Program-made: the position numbers and the translations under genes
Sequence record: NC_019929.1
Length of the DNA stretch: 64,000 bases
Strand: one strand, 5' to 3'
Notes under the pieces: generated by a model
Told to the model about the DNA's origin: nothing
What the model saw: the letters and a program-made list of their open reading frames with translations, nothing else
Database searches by the model: none
Shown: piece by piece, positions 46,944 to 57,199 of the stretch
Layout: each line of letters starts with the position of its first letter
How positions within the stretch are numbered: the first letter of the stretch is position 1

Positions 46944-47921
46944 ATGCCACGTAATTATCGCCCTACTGCTGCTTCTGCCATCGATGGTTTAGTGGCTGCG
47001 CATTACAGTCGTGAAGAAGCAACCATGATTCGCCCGTTCCTGCCTTTGCACTTCGATAACTTCGTTGCATTACCGAGTGCGAACTATGAATTCTGGAGTG
47101 CGTACCGTGCGGTACAAGATGCCCTGACGTACGACCGTCACAAGTTCCGTTTCTATTTCTGGCGTGATGAAGAAAAGAGCCACATCCCAAACAGCCCGTA
47201 CGTCAAGATGTACTACGAATCCCCCACGTTCAAAGCAGAGTTCAGCACCATTGAATTCATCCGTCACTTTGGCCGTGCTCTGTTTACTGACCATGGCTCA
47301 GATGGCCTGGGACGTAAGCTCAATTACGTTAACGGTGGATTACGGATTAAGACCCGTATCCTGAGAGAGTTGTTTGATGAGATTGGTAAAGAGACTGATA
47401 ACCCAGCACCGTGGTTCAACGGGTATCGTCGTCCAACCATCTCGGTACTGATTCCACCCCAGCCAACTGTGTTCACTCCACGCGAAGTATTAATCGCCTG
47501 GCGTGCCGGTGAGCGCGTTCATCGTACGTTACACGGTGGTCGCTTTGACCGTAAGCAACACTGGATTAACCCAATGCAAGATGGTTGGGATATTGCCCGC
47601 TACTTAGACTTGCAGGCATACCGTGAGTCAAAAGGTTTCATCTCGTCACAAGAGTTCCACCGTCTGCGTTCGGATGTCATCACGGTATTAACGGCCACGG
47701 ATATTTTCCCGGCCTACACCATGTACCACCGTTCACTGATTCTTAACAACCATATCTTCGGCGAGTCTATCGACCCCACTGGGTATCAACGATTAGATTT
47801 GCCAGCAGTTGACAACGTTCATCCCATCGGGTACCTCACCCCGAAGAACAATTACAGCGTAACCATGCCGAGCGATGTGTTCAGCATGTTTACACCGGAT
47901 GAATGGCACGCCGTATTGTAG
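46944..47921 (+). CDS. hypothetical protein
   Basis: 325 aa, AAAGGAG RBS. Confidence 0.8.
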   Translation: MPRNYRPTAASAIDGLVAAHYSREEATMIRPFLPLHFDNFVALPSANYEFWSAYRAVQDALTYDRHKFRFYFWRDEEKSHIPNSPYVKMYYESPTFKAEFSTIEFIRHFGRALFTDHGSDGLGRKLNYVNGGLRIKTRILRELFDEIGKETDNPAPWFNGYRRPTISVLIPPQPTVFTPREVLIAWRAGERVHRTLHGGRFDRKQHWINPMQDGWDIARYLDLQAYRESKGFISSQEFHRLRSDVITVLTATDIFPAYTMYHRSLILNNHIFGESIDPTGYQRLDLPAVDNVHPIGYLTPKNNYSVTMPSDVFSMFTPDEWHAVL

Positions 47922-48009
47922 GTGAAGTCGATGCTTAGGGGTCCTTAGTGGCCCCTATTTTTTTTTTGTATTTTTACGGTTCCGCTATTAGTTATAGGAG
48001 GTAGTCGCC

Positions 48010-48417
48010 GTGAAACATACAACTCATCAATATCTGGAATTCTATTCCGCGTTAGAACAAGGCAGTATCCCGACTTCCATTAATCCAGGAAGTGAATGGG
48101 AGCAACATCTCTTCTGCGATTTAATCCCGTTACTGACAATGCACCCGCATTACCAGAAATGGTTTGAGTCGTTAGAGAAAGTCCACGCTGTTGGATTCCG
48201 CCGTGGGGTTGATTCCCCGGTGGTCGATACAGGCATCAACATTACCCGCACTGAGTGCACCTCACCCACCGAGAAGTTCATTAACTCATTCATGAAAGAA
48301 ATGGCCAATGCTTTAATCAGTAGAAGCCATCCCTATGAGGAACTGTTCGCGGTGTTGCTGGATGGGATTTATACATTCCAACTCAAACATTATAAAACCC
48401 TTTCCACACTACATTAA
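48010..48417 (+). CDS. hypothetical protein
   Basis: 135 aa, GTG start after AGGAGG. Confidence 0.7.
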   Translation: MKHTTHQYLEFYSALEQGSIPTSINPGSEWEQHLFCDLIPLLTMHPHYQKWFESLEKVHAVGFRRGVDSPVVDTGINITRTECTSPTEKFINSFMKEMANALISRSHPYEELFAVLLDGIYTFQLKHYKTLSTLH

Positions 48418-48485
48418 CCTTTTTTACGGCACCTACCATTTCTTTTGGGAGTCTGTGCTGTAATAGATTCCAAAGGAGACGTAAC

Positions 48486-48875
48486 ATGAAGACGAAACTG
48501 CGTCCGATGGACGTGATTATGGCTCATCCGGATACCCTCAAGAACATTAAGCCACGCAGTGAACTTGATAGTGCCCTTATCGAGATGACACTGTGGGGTT
48601 TCACATTCCACCCGGATGAACACCACAACACGAAGCATTTGGATGTGGCTGCTGATGCAGAGATTGACTGGTCGGTTAAAGAGGGTTTCGAAGATGTAGA
48701 AGCCTACGTGACCAGTTCCACGCAACCAGCCCGTTTCCCGGTTGCTGGTGAAGCTGAGAACATTATCTCTTTGCGCCGCTTGCTTAACGCGCAACCCGAA
48801 GTTGTCCGCGAGGGAGATGCGTGGGCGGCTGGCACAGCGTGCCATTTGAAGAACATGCTTACCCAGGCCGGTTAA
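48486..48875 (+). CDS. hypothetical protein
   Basis: 129 aa, AAGGAG RBS. Confidence 0.8.
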   Translation: MKTKLRPMDVIMAHPDTLKNIKPRSELDSALIEMTLWGFTFHPDEHHNTKHLDVAADAEIDWSVKEGFEDVEAYVTSSTQPARFPVAGEAENIISLRRLLNAQPEVVREGDAWAAGTACHLKNMLTQAG

Positions 48876-48885
48876 AATAGAAGTA

Positions 48886-48925
48886 CCCCTACTCGATTGA
48901 GTAGGGGCTGTTTCTTTTTTTTTCT
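48886..48925. terminator. Bidirectional terminator
   Basis: CCCCTACTC-GATT-GAGTAGGGG with T-tract, between convergent genes. Confidence 0.75.
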
Positions 48926-48926
48926 T

Positions 48927-49739
48927 TTACGCTTTGAAACGTCCGGCGTTAAGATAGTTGTAACGGTTACCGATGTCATCGTTGTGGATGAGTGCACGTT
49001 GCATCCGCGGTAAGTTGTCGTTGAACATCTCACCGGAATCTTCATACTTCTCAATGAAGTTACGGAAGGCACCGAACTCCATCCCGTTTTCCAGTTTCCC
49101 GGCATCCATGTCAAACATCATCTTGTTGTAGATGTACTGTCGGGTAGCGTACAACCCTAAGTCAGCGACAACCGGATAGAACGGCGGTTTGATTTCGTTC
49201 AGGTCATCAGACAACATGAACTTCGCCATAATCTTCGTGGCGTAGACAAACATGCCTGGGTCTTTGATACGAATCACGTTCGGGCCTAATACCTTACATT
49301 CCGGCGAACCGATACGGGGCATGGCGGACTGACTGTCAACGACCTGCTGGGTGGAAGACATTACCCCGGTCGATGCACCATCAAGGTATGAACCCGCGGG
49401 CGGTAGCGTGTACGCTTGTCCCGCGACCGGCGTAACCGCCAGGTGTGCATCAATAAGCGGACGACCACCCGTTTTGATATCGTCGATGTAATAGACACGA
49501 CTGTAGTAGTCTTGCGTGTCGTTTTCATACGCCACCCCCTGTAAGTCAATCTCGGTATACTGACCCATCCGTGAGACTTCGGGAATCAAATACTCCTTAA
49601 AGACTTTTTCGCTGATCTCGTTATCCAGGGAAGAGGCGATCCCGAGTAGGCGAAGGTTTTCTGGTGCAAATGCAGCCCGTAGAATGGGCTCTGGGATCTC
49701 GCGGCGGATACGCCGGAGACAATAATCGATAACACTCAT
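48927..49739 (-). CDS. Conserved jumbo-phage protein, probably virion structural
   Basis: Start set at ATG49739 (MSVIDYC) after GGAG; lone minus-strand gene, as late genes are elsewhere in the window. Confidence 0.6.
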   Translation of the reverse strand: MSVIDYCLRRIRREIPEPILRAAFAPENLRLLGIASSLDNEISEKVFKEYLIPEVSRMGQYTEIDLQGVAYENDTQDYYSRVYYIDDIKTGGRPLIDAHLAVTPVAGQAYTLPPAGSYLDGASTGVMSSTQQVVDSQSAMPRIGSPECKVLGPNVIRIKDPGMFVYATKIMAKFMLSDDLNEIKPPFYPVVADLGLYATRQYIYNKMMFDMDAGKLENGMEFGAFRNFIEKYEDSGEMFNDNLPRMQRALIHNDDIGNRYNYLNAGRFKA

Positions 49740-49899
49740 TCTAGAGCTCCTGTAAAGCACGTACGTCGGTTCATAGCATCGGGTAATATGATTGCTAACG
49801 CCAATAAAAAATACGCGTAGCGCCCTTTCTGTGCGCACCATACTCGAAGATATTTTGCATAGATATTATCTTCGTGAAGTTCCCCTTAAGGAGTATTAA

Positions 49900-50223
49900 A
49901 TGACGCGCGTGTATTTCAATTTTCGATTAGACGTGAGTCACGTATTAACGCTGAGTCCCCAGAGGGCGTTGCTCTGTATGCAAGAGCTCATCTATCCGGG
50001 GCTACATGACTTACCGTCTGAGCACTTAAGTATTGCCGAAAGATATTTCGGTTCGGAAGCGTGGTACATGATATCAGCACTCGGTCGTTACCATCGCAAT
50101 CCTTTCCTTTACAATAACGGAGTTGTGCAAACGTGGTCAGAATTCACCTCGAGCCAAATGCGGTTCACAATTGCTTCTGGGGCGCAGTGGAGTCATCCTC
50201 ATATGCTACCACTTTGCGGATGA
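49900..50223 (+). CDS. hypothetical protein
   Basis: 107 aa, AAGGAG RBS, downstream of the AGATATTATC motif at 49861. Confidence 0.75.
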   Translation: MTRVYFNFRLDVSHVLTLSPQRALLCMQELIYPGLHDLPSEHLSIAERYFGSEAWYMISALGRYHRNPFLYNNGVVQTWSEFTSSQMRFTIASGAQWSHPHMLPLCG

Positions 50224-50786
50224 CACCTCAGGAGAAACAGACCGTTACGGTGCAGTTGCTACACACGGCATTGGAAGACATCTTTTATTCCATTCCGTCT
50301 GAACCCAACTGTCGCCTGTCCGACCACTTAGAACCGTTCGTCGATTGTTTTGAATTGACAATGGCATTGGTGGCCGATCAAATCATTGCACCGCCTAAGC
50401 GTATTCAGCGTAATACGTTGATAGTGTCTAACGGAGGGTTGGGAGCATCTCCAGTTGGGCGGCGGTCACAAGAAGTGGCGGTATTAAAACCGGCCAGTTA
50501 TCTTCTGGGCATTGCTTTTGAACCTTGCTACGACGTGTTCCTTAACGAAGTAGAAGGTGTTGTGCGTGCGGCTTTCGAAGCGGCGAAGCAACCGTATAAC
50601 CGTTATGCAACGGTCGAGGTTGAACCGCATCTCACCCCGCGTGGTCAGGTAGCTACACTGGAGTTGAAAATTGGAGAGGACATCCGCTTTATCCACTACC
50701 GCAAGTCCTTCCCAAACAAAAGATATCGTCCACATGACGCTCATCGATCACATCGCGAGCAAGGCGTATCTGAGGATTTTGAATGA
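50220..50786 (+). CDS. hypothetical protein
   Basis: ATGA overlap with the upstream stop. Confidence 0.75.
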   Translation: MTPQEKQTVTVQLLHTALEDIFYSIPSEPNCRLSDHLEPFVDCFELTMALVADQIIAPPKRIQRNTLIVSNGGLGASPVGRRSQEVAVLKPASYLLGIAFEPCYDVFLNEVEGVVRAAFEAAKQPYNRYATVEVEPHLTPRGQVATLELKIGEDIRFIHYRKSFPNKRYRPHDAHRSHREQGVSEDFE

Positions 50787-51102
50787 CGATAGGTTGGCCA
50801 GTCGTTCAGGTTACGACATCCAACAAATCAAACACATCATCCTGGACTTGATTGAGTATTTTGTCGGCAATGTAACGGAACATGGAGCATGGGACAGTCG
50901 TGTCGTGACGGCTATCGCAAACTGCTACCGGAAATCCAGCGCAGCGGAAGTGACGATGTTTGCTACACAGGTGCGTCTGGCCATGAGCGAGGAAATGGGC
51001 ATTCCTCTCAAAGGTTGGCGTTATCATTATCGGATAGTGGGTAGGTTTATCCGCTTTATCCCTCGCAAGATAACAGACGTTTATGATGACTATCTACCTT
51101 GA
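50734..51102 (+). CDS. hypothetical protein
   Basis: Overlapping operon member (MTLIDHI...). Confidence 0.65.
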   Translation: MTLIDHIASKAYLRILNDDRLASRSGYDIQQIKHIILDLIEYFVGNVTEHGAWDSRVVTAIANCYRKSSAAEVTMFATQVRLAMSEEMGIPLKGWRYHYRIVGRFIRFIPRKITDVYDDYLP

Positions 51103-51481
51103 CTTCCCGCACACATATGCGGAGATGTTAGCGATTGTCAGAAAGTTTGCTTATAAGAGCTATCTGGATGTGGCGGATACTGTTGATTACTATCTCGAGC
51201 AACTTATCCGGTTGGAAGTGCTACGGCGTAAGCATAACGTAGCCTACCCGATACTCCGTGATATCTTCGGCGAGATTGTGAGAAAGCACCCGTTGATGGA
51301 TAGCGATGAGCACTACTTCAACTGTCGCGCCATTGAGATTTATTTACAGAACTCCACTCGTCTATGGGACTTGGTGGAAGAGGAGCTGACGATGCTCCCC
51401 AGTACCGACTTTCTGCTCTGGCATGTGGAATTCGGTATCTGGAAAATGTATACAGCAGGAGTTATCCATGTTGGAGAGTGA
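51083..51481 (+). CDS. hypothetical protein
   Basis: 132-aa operon member. Confidence 0.7.
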   Translation: MMTIYLDFPHTYAEMLAIVRKFAYKSYLDVADTVDYYLEQLIRLEVLRRKHNVAYPILRDIFGEIVRKHPLMDSDEHYFNCRAIEIYLQNSTRLWDLVEEELTMLPSTDFLLWHVEFGIWKMYTAGVIHVGE

Positions 51482-51977
51482 GTATTTCTTTATCCCGGAC
51501 TATCAGCTTATCTGTGGTCCGCTCTCGGAGTTTGACCCTAACTGCATTCTCCGTGAGGTAAACGATGACCTGAATAGCATCATCAATTTGGCGATGTCGT
51601 TTGTAGAGAAGGGCACCATCGGCGAACAAGTCGGGTTCAGTATGCCGAAGACCTTTGAGTTCGTAGCCCGTGAGATGAATGCACGCGGTTATGTTATTGA
51701 AGGTGACAGCATCATTGAATACGGCGTGGCAATACAGGAAGTAGGTAAGGCGTTCATGACAGCTGTGTCGAACAATCCCTATTGGTTCACACGGTACGGT
51801 ACTTGGGTAGGTGCCCGGTACGGCGCAAAGAGTCAAACGGGCGGGGTGGAATTCCTGTTACGTTACTCAATGCAGAAGTTCCCTCAGTACGAGCAACCAG
51901 GGATGGCTGAGAAAGTGACACCAACATTACTGGCGGTAATCGAAATGCTGTTTGGTAATTTGGGAGGGAAGTTATGA
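51468..51977 (+). CDS. hypothetical protein
   Basis: ATG51468 after AGGAG. Confidence 0.75.
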   Translation: MLESEYFFIPDYQLICGPLSEFDPNCILREVNDDLNSIINLAMSFVEKGTIGEQVGFSMPKTFEFVAREMNARGYVIEGDSIIEYGVAIQEVGKAFMTAVSNNPYWFTRYGTWVGARYGAKSQTGGVEFLLRYSMQKFPQYEQPGMAEKVTPTLLAVIEMLFGNLGGKL

Positions 51978-52558
51978 GAATCATGTTTGATGTACCGAAT
52001 GAAGTTAATCGGTACGGGGCCATGAAGTTCTTTGAGACCGTGCGGGATAATGTCCTGCACGCCATCGAAGCCGGGAACCTGGAGATTGCCGAAAGTAACA
52101 TTCGGCAGTTTTATCAGGACTATGCCTGGGCATACATCATTGCCACCAAGAACCGTAACCCTGCCATGCTGGATAAGTATCTGATGCAGGTGACCTGTGA
52201 CCCGATTGGGGACTGGACACCGATGACGGATGCATCTGGTGCGGAAATTCAGTTAGGGGCTTTAGCAAGCGATAAGCCGTTGCCAGACCACATGCTCATC
52301 ATTGACGACCAGTTCGCCAGCGGTGAAGATGAGACGTACACGTTTTTGTGTGCCGAAGACAGCAACACGCTATCACACTTTGCCGCACTTGAGGCAGTAA
52401 AGGAGCGCCTGACGCACGAGCTGACTACCCGAACCGGGTTAGCCGCTCTGATTGAATCGATGTTGCCGGGAGACTTCTCGTCGTACGTCGGGGAATCATT
52501 TGACGGTATGGTGGTAATTTGTCATGAAACTTTACTTGGACGTGGCGGAAATATTTGA
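51974..52558 (+). CDS. hypothetical protein
   Basis: 194 aa, ATGA overlap. Confidence 0.75.
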   Translation: MRIMFDVPNEVNRYGAMKFFETVRDNVLHAIEAGNLEIAESNIRQFYQDYAWAYIIATKNRNPAMLDKYLMQVTCDPIGDWTPMTDASGAEIQLGALASDKPLPDHMLIIDDQFASGEDETYTFLCAEDSNTLSHFAALEAVKERLTHELTTRTGLAALIESMLPGDFSSYVGESFDGMVVICHETLLGRGGNI

Positions 52559-52955
52559 CTTCGAAGAACTGATGGCACGGGCGCACCTCGCGAATGAAAA
52601 CGAGGTGGAGCCCGCTATCGCTTATTTATTTCTGACGAAGTACGCGGAAGAAACCGTGCGGTCTATCGCAAAGCGGGCAGGGGAAGGCGAGAACTTTCTG
52701 ACATTCATCTCACCGGAACCACACCTTATTGTGACTCAGTTAGCCCAGATGTGGGGTCGCGAAAAGGTTGTCCCGCTATTGATGTCGCACATGTCGTGGA
52801 AAATCAACGAAGATGTTCAATTCACCCGTATCCTTAATACTGTGGAGCGATTGTGGAAAGAAGTTGGTCTTCCGCGAGACGAAGCGGCCAAACGCACGAA
52901 GGTTTCTCTCCTTATGAAAGAGATCGGTAGTGCAACCATTTGCGTAGAGTGTTAA
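52524..52955 (+). CDS. hypothetical protein
   Basis: 143-aa operon member. Confidence 0.7.
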   Translation: MKLYLDVAEIFDFEELMARAHLANENEVEPAIAYLFLTKYAEETVRSIAKRAGEGENFLTFISPEPHLIVTQLAQMWGREKVVPLLMSHMSWKINEDVQFTRILNTVERLWKEVGLPRDEAAKRTKVSLLMKEIGSATICVEC

Positions 52956-52964
52956 GGGGCGAAG

Positions 52965-53558
52965 ATGTTATATAGGGTGAGAGCTAACCACCTTATTTGC
53001 GTCGACTTAGGTGTGCTGGGTTATGTGAACGACGGGGAGTGGTTCTTGCAGATGGTGATTAACTACATCCGCACCATTCCCCGTTTACACATCGAGCTGG
53101 GGGAAAGTCCGAACGAGCAAAGTATCGTGACTGCGGTTGAATGGGCGTTGTTGTCGTACACCCGTGAGCTGCGTTTCCCCGGTACCCGTTCAGAGTTCCA
53201 TCAGCTGAACCAATACCTAAAGACGTTGAATGATGAATACCGTCGCTGGAAGTTCGACGAGTGTATGGAGTCGCAAGTGGGGTCAGTTGCTTTTGATGAC
53301 CTGCGTCCGCTCCTGACTATCGTGGAACAGTGTCGTATTCTGGGTGAATCGTCGTGGGACATCCTGCGGACATATGCCAATGACTTGATGCTTGAGGTTA
53401 TCCTTTCGGCAATCAAGGAACATTTCGCTGCACCGATGGACATGTTTATGACCGTCCACAAAGAGAAAGTCAAGGGCTTTGACCTGTACGTCCATTTTCC
53501 TACGGATGCCACGTCAGCGCTTGATTTGAAACTGTTGGTAGATATTCCGGAGGAGTGA
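52965..53558 (+). CDS. hypothetical protein
   Basis: 197-aa operon member. Confidence 0.75.
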   Translation: MLYRVRANHLICVDLGVLGYVNDGEWFLQMVINYIRTIPRLHIELGESPNEQSIVTAVEWALLSYTRELRFPGTRSEFHQLNQYLKTLNDEYRRWKFDECMESQVGSVAFDDLRPLLTIVEQCRILGESSWDILRTYANDLMLEVILSAIKEHFAAPMDMFMTVHKEKVKGFDLYVHFPTDATSALDLKLLVDIPEE

Positions 53559-53968
53559 TGTTCAACGTTAAGTCGATTGAGCCAGGGAGTGTGGTAAACA
53601 TTGTTTACGATACCCCTTTAAAAGGTAACGAAACCCGTGTGCTGGTCTTGGCCTCCAACGTGGGATTCGAAATGGCCAAGTCGTATCTGGATGTGCGCGC
53701 TGAGCAGAAGAACATTTATTCTTCTCTGGTCGCGCAACCTGACGACGACCCAACCAAATACACCTACCTGTTGTTCAAAGGTGCTGATGGTAAACCGAAT
53801 GTAGCGGCGGATGCGTGGATTCGCAACGTGGCAATCATCGAGACCATCTCAGTACAGTTCAAAGTGACCCTGGATAACAAACAGGAAATCGATGACCTGA
53901 AACTGGCACTGGCAGCCCGCGGCTTCAATGATGTGCAGTTTGAAATCATTGAAAACGTAGCAGGTTAA
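53558..53968 (+). CDS. Conserved hypothetical protein upstream of DNA polymerase
   Basis: ATG53558 after GGAGGAG; beta-rich; ends before a terminator. Confidence 0.75.
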   Translation: MFNVKSIEPGSVVNIVYDTPLKGNETRVLVLASNVGFEMAKSYLDVRAEQKNIYSSLVAQPDDDPTKYTYLLFKGADGKPNVAADAWIRNVAIIETISVQFKVTLDNKQEIDDLKLALAARGFNDVQFEIIENVAG

Positions 53969-53974
53969 GATAGA

Positions 53975-54012
53975 CCCACTCTTCGGAGTGGGCTTTCTTT
54001 TTTTCTTTTTTC
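53975..54012 (+). terminator. Intrinsic terminator (UUCG loop)
   Basis: CCCACTC-TTCG-GAGTGGG then long T-tract. Confidence 0.8.
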
Positions 54013-54059
54013 ACGTATCTGACCTGTCTTATAGCTGAGAATACACCAAGGGGCCAGAC

Positions 54060-56345
54060 GTGGAATACCAATCGCCATTTCGTCTTACTGAAGACGAATA
54101 CCACCGTGACATCGACATCATCGATGCGTACTACGAACAGTTGGCCTTATACATCCACACCGTGACTGCCGGTAAATACTCGCTGGAGTTTTGCCGTGAG
54201 CAAGTCGAAGACATGTTCAAACCAGGCGGGGAGTTAGTACAAGACTTCCCGGTCTGTAAGATGTGGGTGCGTAACCAAAAGACCGGTGACCGCGAAGAGA
54301 AGTACACCACGGTTGACCGTCTGTTCCGTACAGTAATTGATAAACAGATTATCTCGGCCCCGTCATTAACCTTTTACGTGCCCGAGCATGTCAAGCGTTC
54401 GAAGCTTGCGGAGTTTACCGCAGAGAACGTGCGTAAGCGTGCTGTGGTGAAAAAAGAAATGTACGTGGCCGCTGCTGCGGGTAACGAAGTCTTAAAGATT
54501 AACAAAAAGAACGAACAAAACGCCGTTAAGACTTTGAACAACGGGATGTCCGGAGCTTTCTCCTCACCGTATACCGTTATCTTTAACCAGTCGTCGCACT
54601 CCGTGTTGACGTCAACGTGCCGTACGGCGACCTCGTTTGGTAACGCCGGTAACGAACGTCTGTTGGGTGGTCGTCGTCACTACGACACACCGTCCCGCGT
54701 ACTCGACCATTTCCTGTCTATCGGTACCCTTACCGACTGGCAGGGATTCAAAGCGTGCATGGACAAATACAACCTGCACTATCCGTCGGTCGACGAAGTT
54801 ATGGAAGTGGTGGAGCACTCTTCGAAAGATTACTTCATCAACCCAGAAGGTCTGGCGTTTATTCGTCAGTACGCCACTAACACAACTGCACTTACGCGTG
54901 CGGCATTTGTGTACATGGGCGACTTCTATCACTTAGCGAAGTACAACGATCAATTCATGCGTGGATTTATTGGTGCACTGATTGCCGAAGAGATGGAAGA
55001 AGAAATCACCGATTGGGATGCCGCTGAGAAATCGATTGACGGGGACATGGAGATTATTATCTCTCAGTTCCGTACCGACATCGTGCCGCTCGGTAAGTCT
55101 TTCTCGGATGTGAAGCTGAAAGATGAAGACACCAATAAAGCTGAGCCATGGGAGAAGCAGGACAAATACAAAGAGCTGATTCGCTCTGCGGTGTATCTGC
55201 AAAAGACCATTGGCCACTACGCGTGTCTGATTCGTAATGTGCTGACCACCAAGAACCTGCCAATCAACATTGCCAGGATGCCTGACGTGGTGCGTAGCGT
55301 AGGTGTGGTATCGGACACCGACTCCACGATGATGACTGCGCAGTGGTGGGCACAGTGGTACACCGGACAACACTATGGTCGTGAGGCAACCCGTGTTTCC
55401 GATGCGATGATTTACCTGGCCACTCAACACTTGCGTCATTTGATGGCAAGTATGTCAGTAAACATCGGTGTAGCAAAAGAGCGTCTGTTCCTGTACGCAA
55501 TGAAGAACGAGTACAAGTTCGACTCCTTTGCCCTGACCACCAAAGCCAAGCATTACTTCTCCATTATTACCGGACAGGAAGGCCAGCTGAAGAAAGACCC
55601 AGAGCTAGAAGTGAAGGGGGTTTCTCTGCGCACGTCGAACATTCCACCGGTTATCATGAAAGAGTTCAAGCGTACCATCAAACAACTCTGTGAGATTGTT
55701 GCACGCGGCGACAAAATCGAAATCATTCCTCTGCTGGAGAAGGTCGCAGGGATCGAGCACACCGTGGCGAATTCTATCCGCAGCGGTAACGCCGGTTACT
55801 TGAAAACCACCAACATCAAGGAACGTACCGCGTATAACGAGAACGACGAGAAGAACTACCACTACCACCGTTTCTACAACGAAGTGTTCGGGCCGAAGTT
55901 TGGTCATATCGGTGAACCTCCGTACGACGGTGTGAAGTTGCCGGTTAGCTTGCAGACTAAAACTGCGGTTAAGGAGTGGTTAGAGTCCATTAAAGATCCG
56001 ATGATTAAAGCCTCTGCAACCCAGTGGTTTGAATCCACCAACTTCCGTACTTACCGTACGCTGATTCTGCCAGAACACCTGGTAGAGAACTACGGGATTC
56101 CACAGGAGCTGATTGACATCGCGGATATTCGCCGTACTGCGTTTGCCACGGTTGAACCGTACTACCACATCCTGGAATGTCTGGGTGTGTTTATGATGGA
56201 CAAGAACCGCACTCGACTGCTGTCAGATTACTACGGCGAATCGCTGGATGCGGAACTGGCCGAAGCCTTAGCCGAGGTCACGTATGTTCGTAACGATGAG
56301 CGTGAAGACGAGGATGAAGATGAAGAAGAAGGCGGTGAGGAATAA
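54060..56345 (+). CDS. polB: Family-B DNA polymerase, polymerase-domain subunit of a split enzyme (phiKZ gp50-like)
   Basis: Motif B-like QNAVKTLNNGMSG, motif C-like SDTDS, KxKxY (TTKAKHY); no exonuclease motifs; acidic C-tail. Confidence 0.85.
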   Translation: MEYQSPFRLTEDEYHRDIDIIDAYYEQLALYIHTVTAGKYSLEFCREQVEDMFKPGGELVQDFPVCKMWVRNQKTGDREEKYTTVDRLFRTVIDKQIISAPSLTFYVPEHVKRSKLAEFTAENVRKRAVVKKEMYVAAAAGNEVLKINKKNEQNAVKTLNNGMSGAFSSPYTVIFNQSSHSVLTSTCRTATSFGNAGNERLLGGRRHYDTPSRVLDHFLSIGTLTDWQGFKACMDKYNLHYPSVDEVMEVVEHSSKDYFINPEGLAFIRQYATNTTALTRAAFVYMGDFYHLAKYNDQFMRGFIGALIAEEMEEEITDWDAAEKSIDGDMEIIISQFRTDIVPLGKSFSDVKLKDEDTNKAEPWEKQDKYKELIRSAVYLQKTIGHYACLIRNVLTTKNLPINIARMPDVVRSVGVVSDTDSTMMTAQWWAQWYTGQHYGREATRVSDAMIYLATQHLRHLMASMSVNIGVAKERLFLYAMKNEYKFDSFALTTKAKHYFSIITGQEGQLKKDPELEVKGVSLRTSNIPPVIMKEFKRTIKQLCEIVARGDKIEIIPLLEKVAGIEHTVANSIRSGNAGYLKTTNIKERTAYNENDEKNYHYHRFYNEVFGPKFGHIGEPPYDGVKLPVSLQTKTAVKEWLESIKDPMIKASATQWFESTNFRTYRTLILPEHLVENYGIPQELIDIADIRRTAFATVEPYYHILECLGVFMMDKNRTRLLSDYYGESLDAELAEALAEVTYVRNDEREDEDEDEEEGGEE

Positions 56346-56473
56346 TTTCTCGCACTTGTACCTAAGCCGTATGCCGCACCTGACCCGCAGAGTTGTTCTG
56401 TCACCGCCAGGTGGGTTGCAGCCGTCAATGGATACCGCGGGCTCACCGCGGTTCTACCACCGGGAGGAGAAAG

Positions 56474-56665
56474 ATGGCTTATCGTAATCCCTCCATCGCC
56501 AGCGCAGCCATCAGCGAAATCCGCAAAGAACTGGAAGAACGCGGCTGCACCGATATCGTTCTGCATCGCGGTGGTGAGTTTGTACACATCACCGCCAAGC
56601 ACCCGAAAAAGAATCGGGAGATAAATGTTTACGCCCAGCCGTACCTGGCACAGGAGAATAAATGA
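56474..56665 (+). CDS. hypothetical protein
   Basis: ATG56474 after GGAGGAG; 63 aa. Confidence 0.7.
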   Translation: MAYRNPSIASAAISEIRKELEERGCTDIVLHRGGEFVHITAKHPKKNREINVYAQPYLAQENK

Positions 56666-57123
56666 AAGAGGAAGAGAGTCGGTTCACGCCGATCCCGGAT
56701 TACCGGGTACCGCTGGGCCTGGTTATTGAACAGCGTGACGGTAAGGGTACCGCAGTTACTGTTACTTACCACCCTAACTCGCGCATCGGTCGTCAACTGT
56801 TAAAAGAAATGGAGTACCGCTATGTGGCGGTACTTGACCGTGATGAAACCGGCGTCCCGGAATACAGTGACTGCTACTTCATGAAAGAGCAGGCAATTGT
56901 TGAGATGTTGAATGCGCTGCCGTGGCTGCGTAATCAGTATCAGGTCATTGATGGTTGGGTTGGGCCAGAGGTGCACGGGCCGAATGCGATTGTCGATATG
57001 GACTTTATGGTTATCGACAAGCTCGAGCGTACGCATCTGCATCGCTACACCGATGAGAACGTTTCGAAGATTTGTAACGATCTCGGGGTGCAGTTCTACC
57101 AGAGCAAAAAAAGAAAGGAATAA
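56662..57123 (+). CDS. hypothetical protein
   Basis: 153 aa, coupled to the upstream gene. Confidence 0.75.
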   Translation: MKEEESRFTPIPDYRVPLGLVIEQRDGKGTAVTVTYHPNSRIGRQLLKEMEYRYVAVLDRDETGVPEYSDCYFMKEQAIVEMLNALPWLRNQYQVIDGWVGPEVHGPNAIVDMDFMVIDKLERTHLHRYTDENVSKICNDLGVQFYQSKKRKE

Positions 57124-57145
57124 CTCTACACCGAAGTGTAGAGTT
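57108..57145 (-). terminator. Terminator for the minus-strand gene (UUCG loop on minus)
   Basis: AACTCTACAC-CGAA-GTGTAGAGTT; the plus-strand A-run is the minus-strand U-tract. Confidence 0.7.
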
Positions 57146-57199
57146 ATTTACCTATTATATGGGAGATTCGAAAGAATCTTTGGCAGGAGAGAGTAAGTC

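Noticed and set aside
48927-49739. PhuZ tubulin call for the ~270-300-aa gene
   Set aside because: Size and position are suggestive, but there is no GGGTGS/TG signature or N-terminal GxGGxG motif.
56365-56460. Group II intron domain V (AGCCGTATGC)
   Set aside because: Only the first 10 nt resemble domain V. The complementary ACGTACGGTT strand and domain VI are absent, and the flanking genes are intact.
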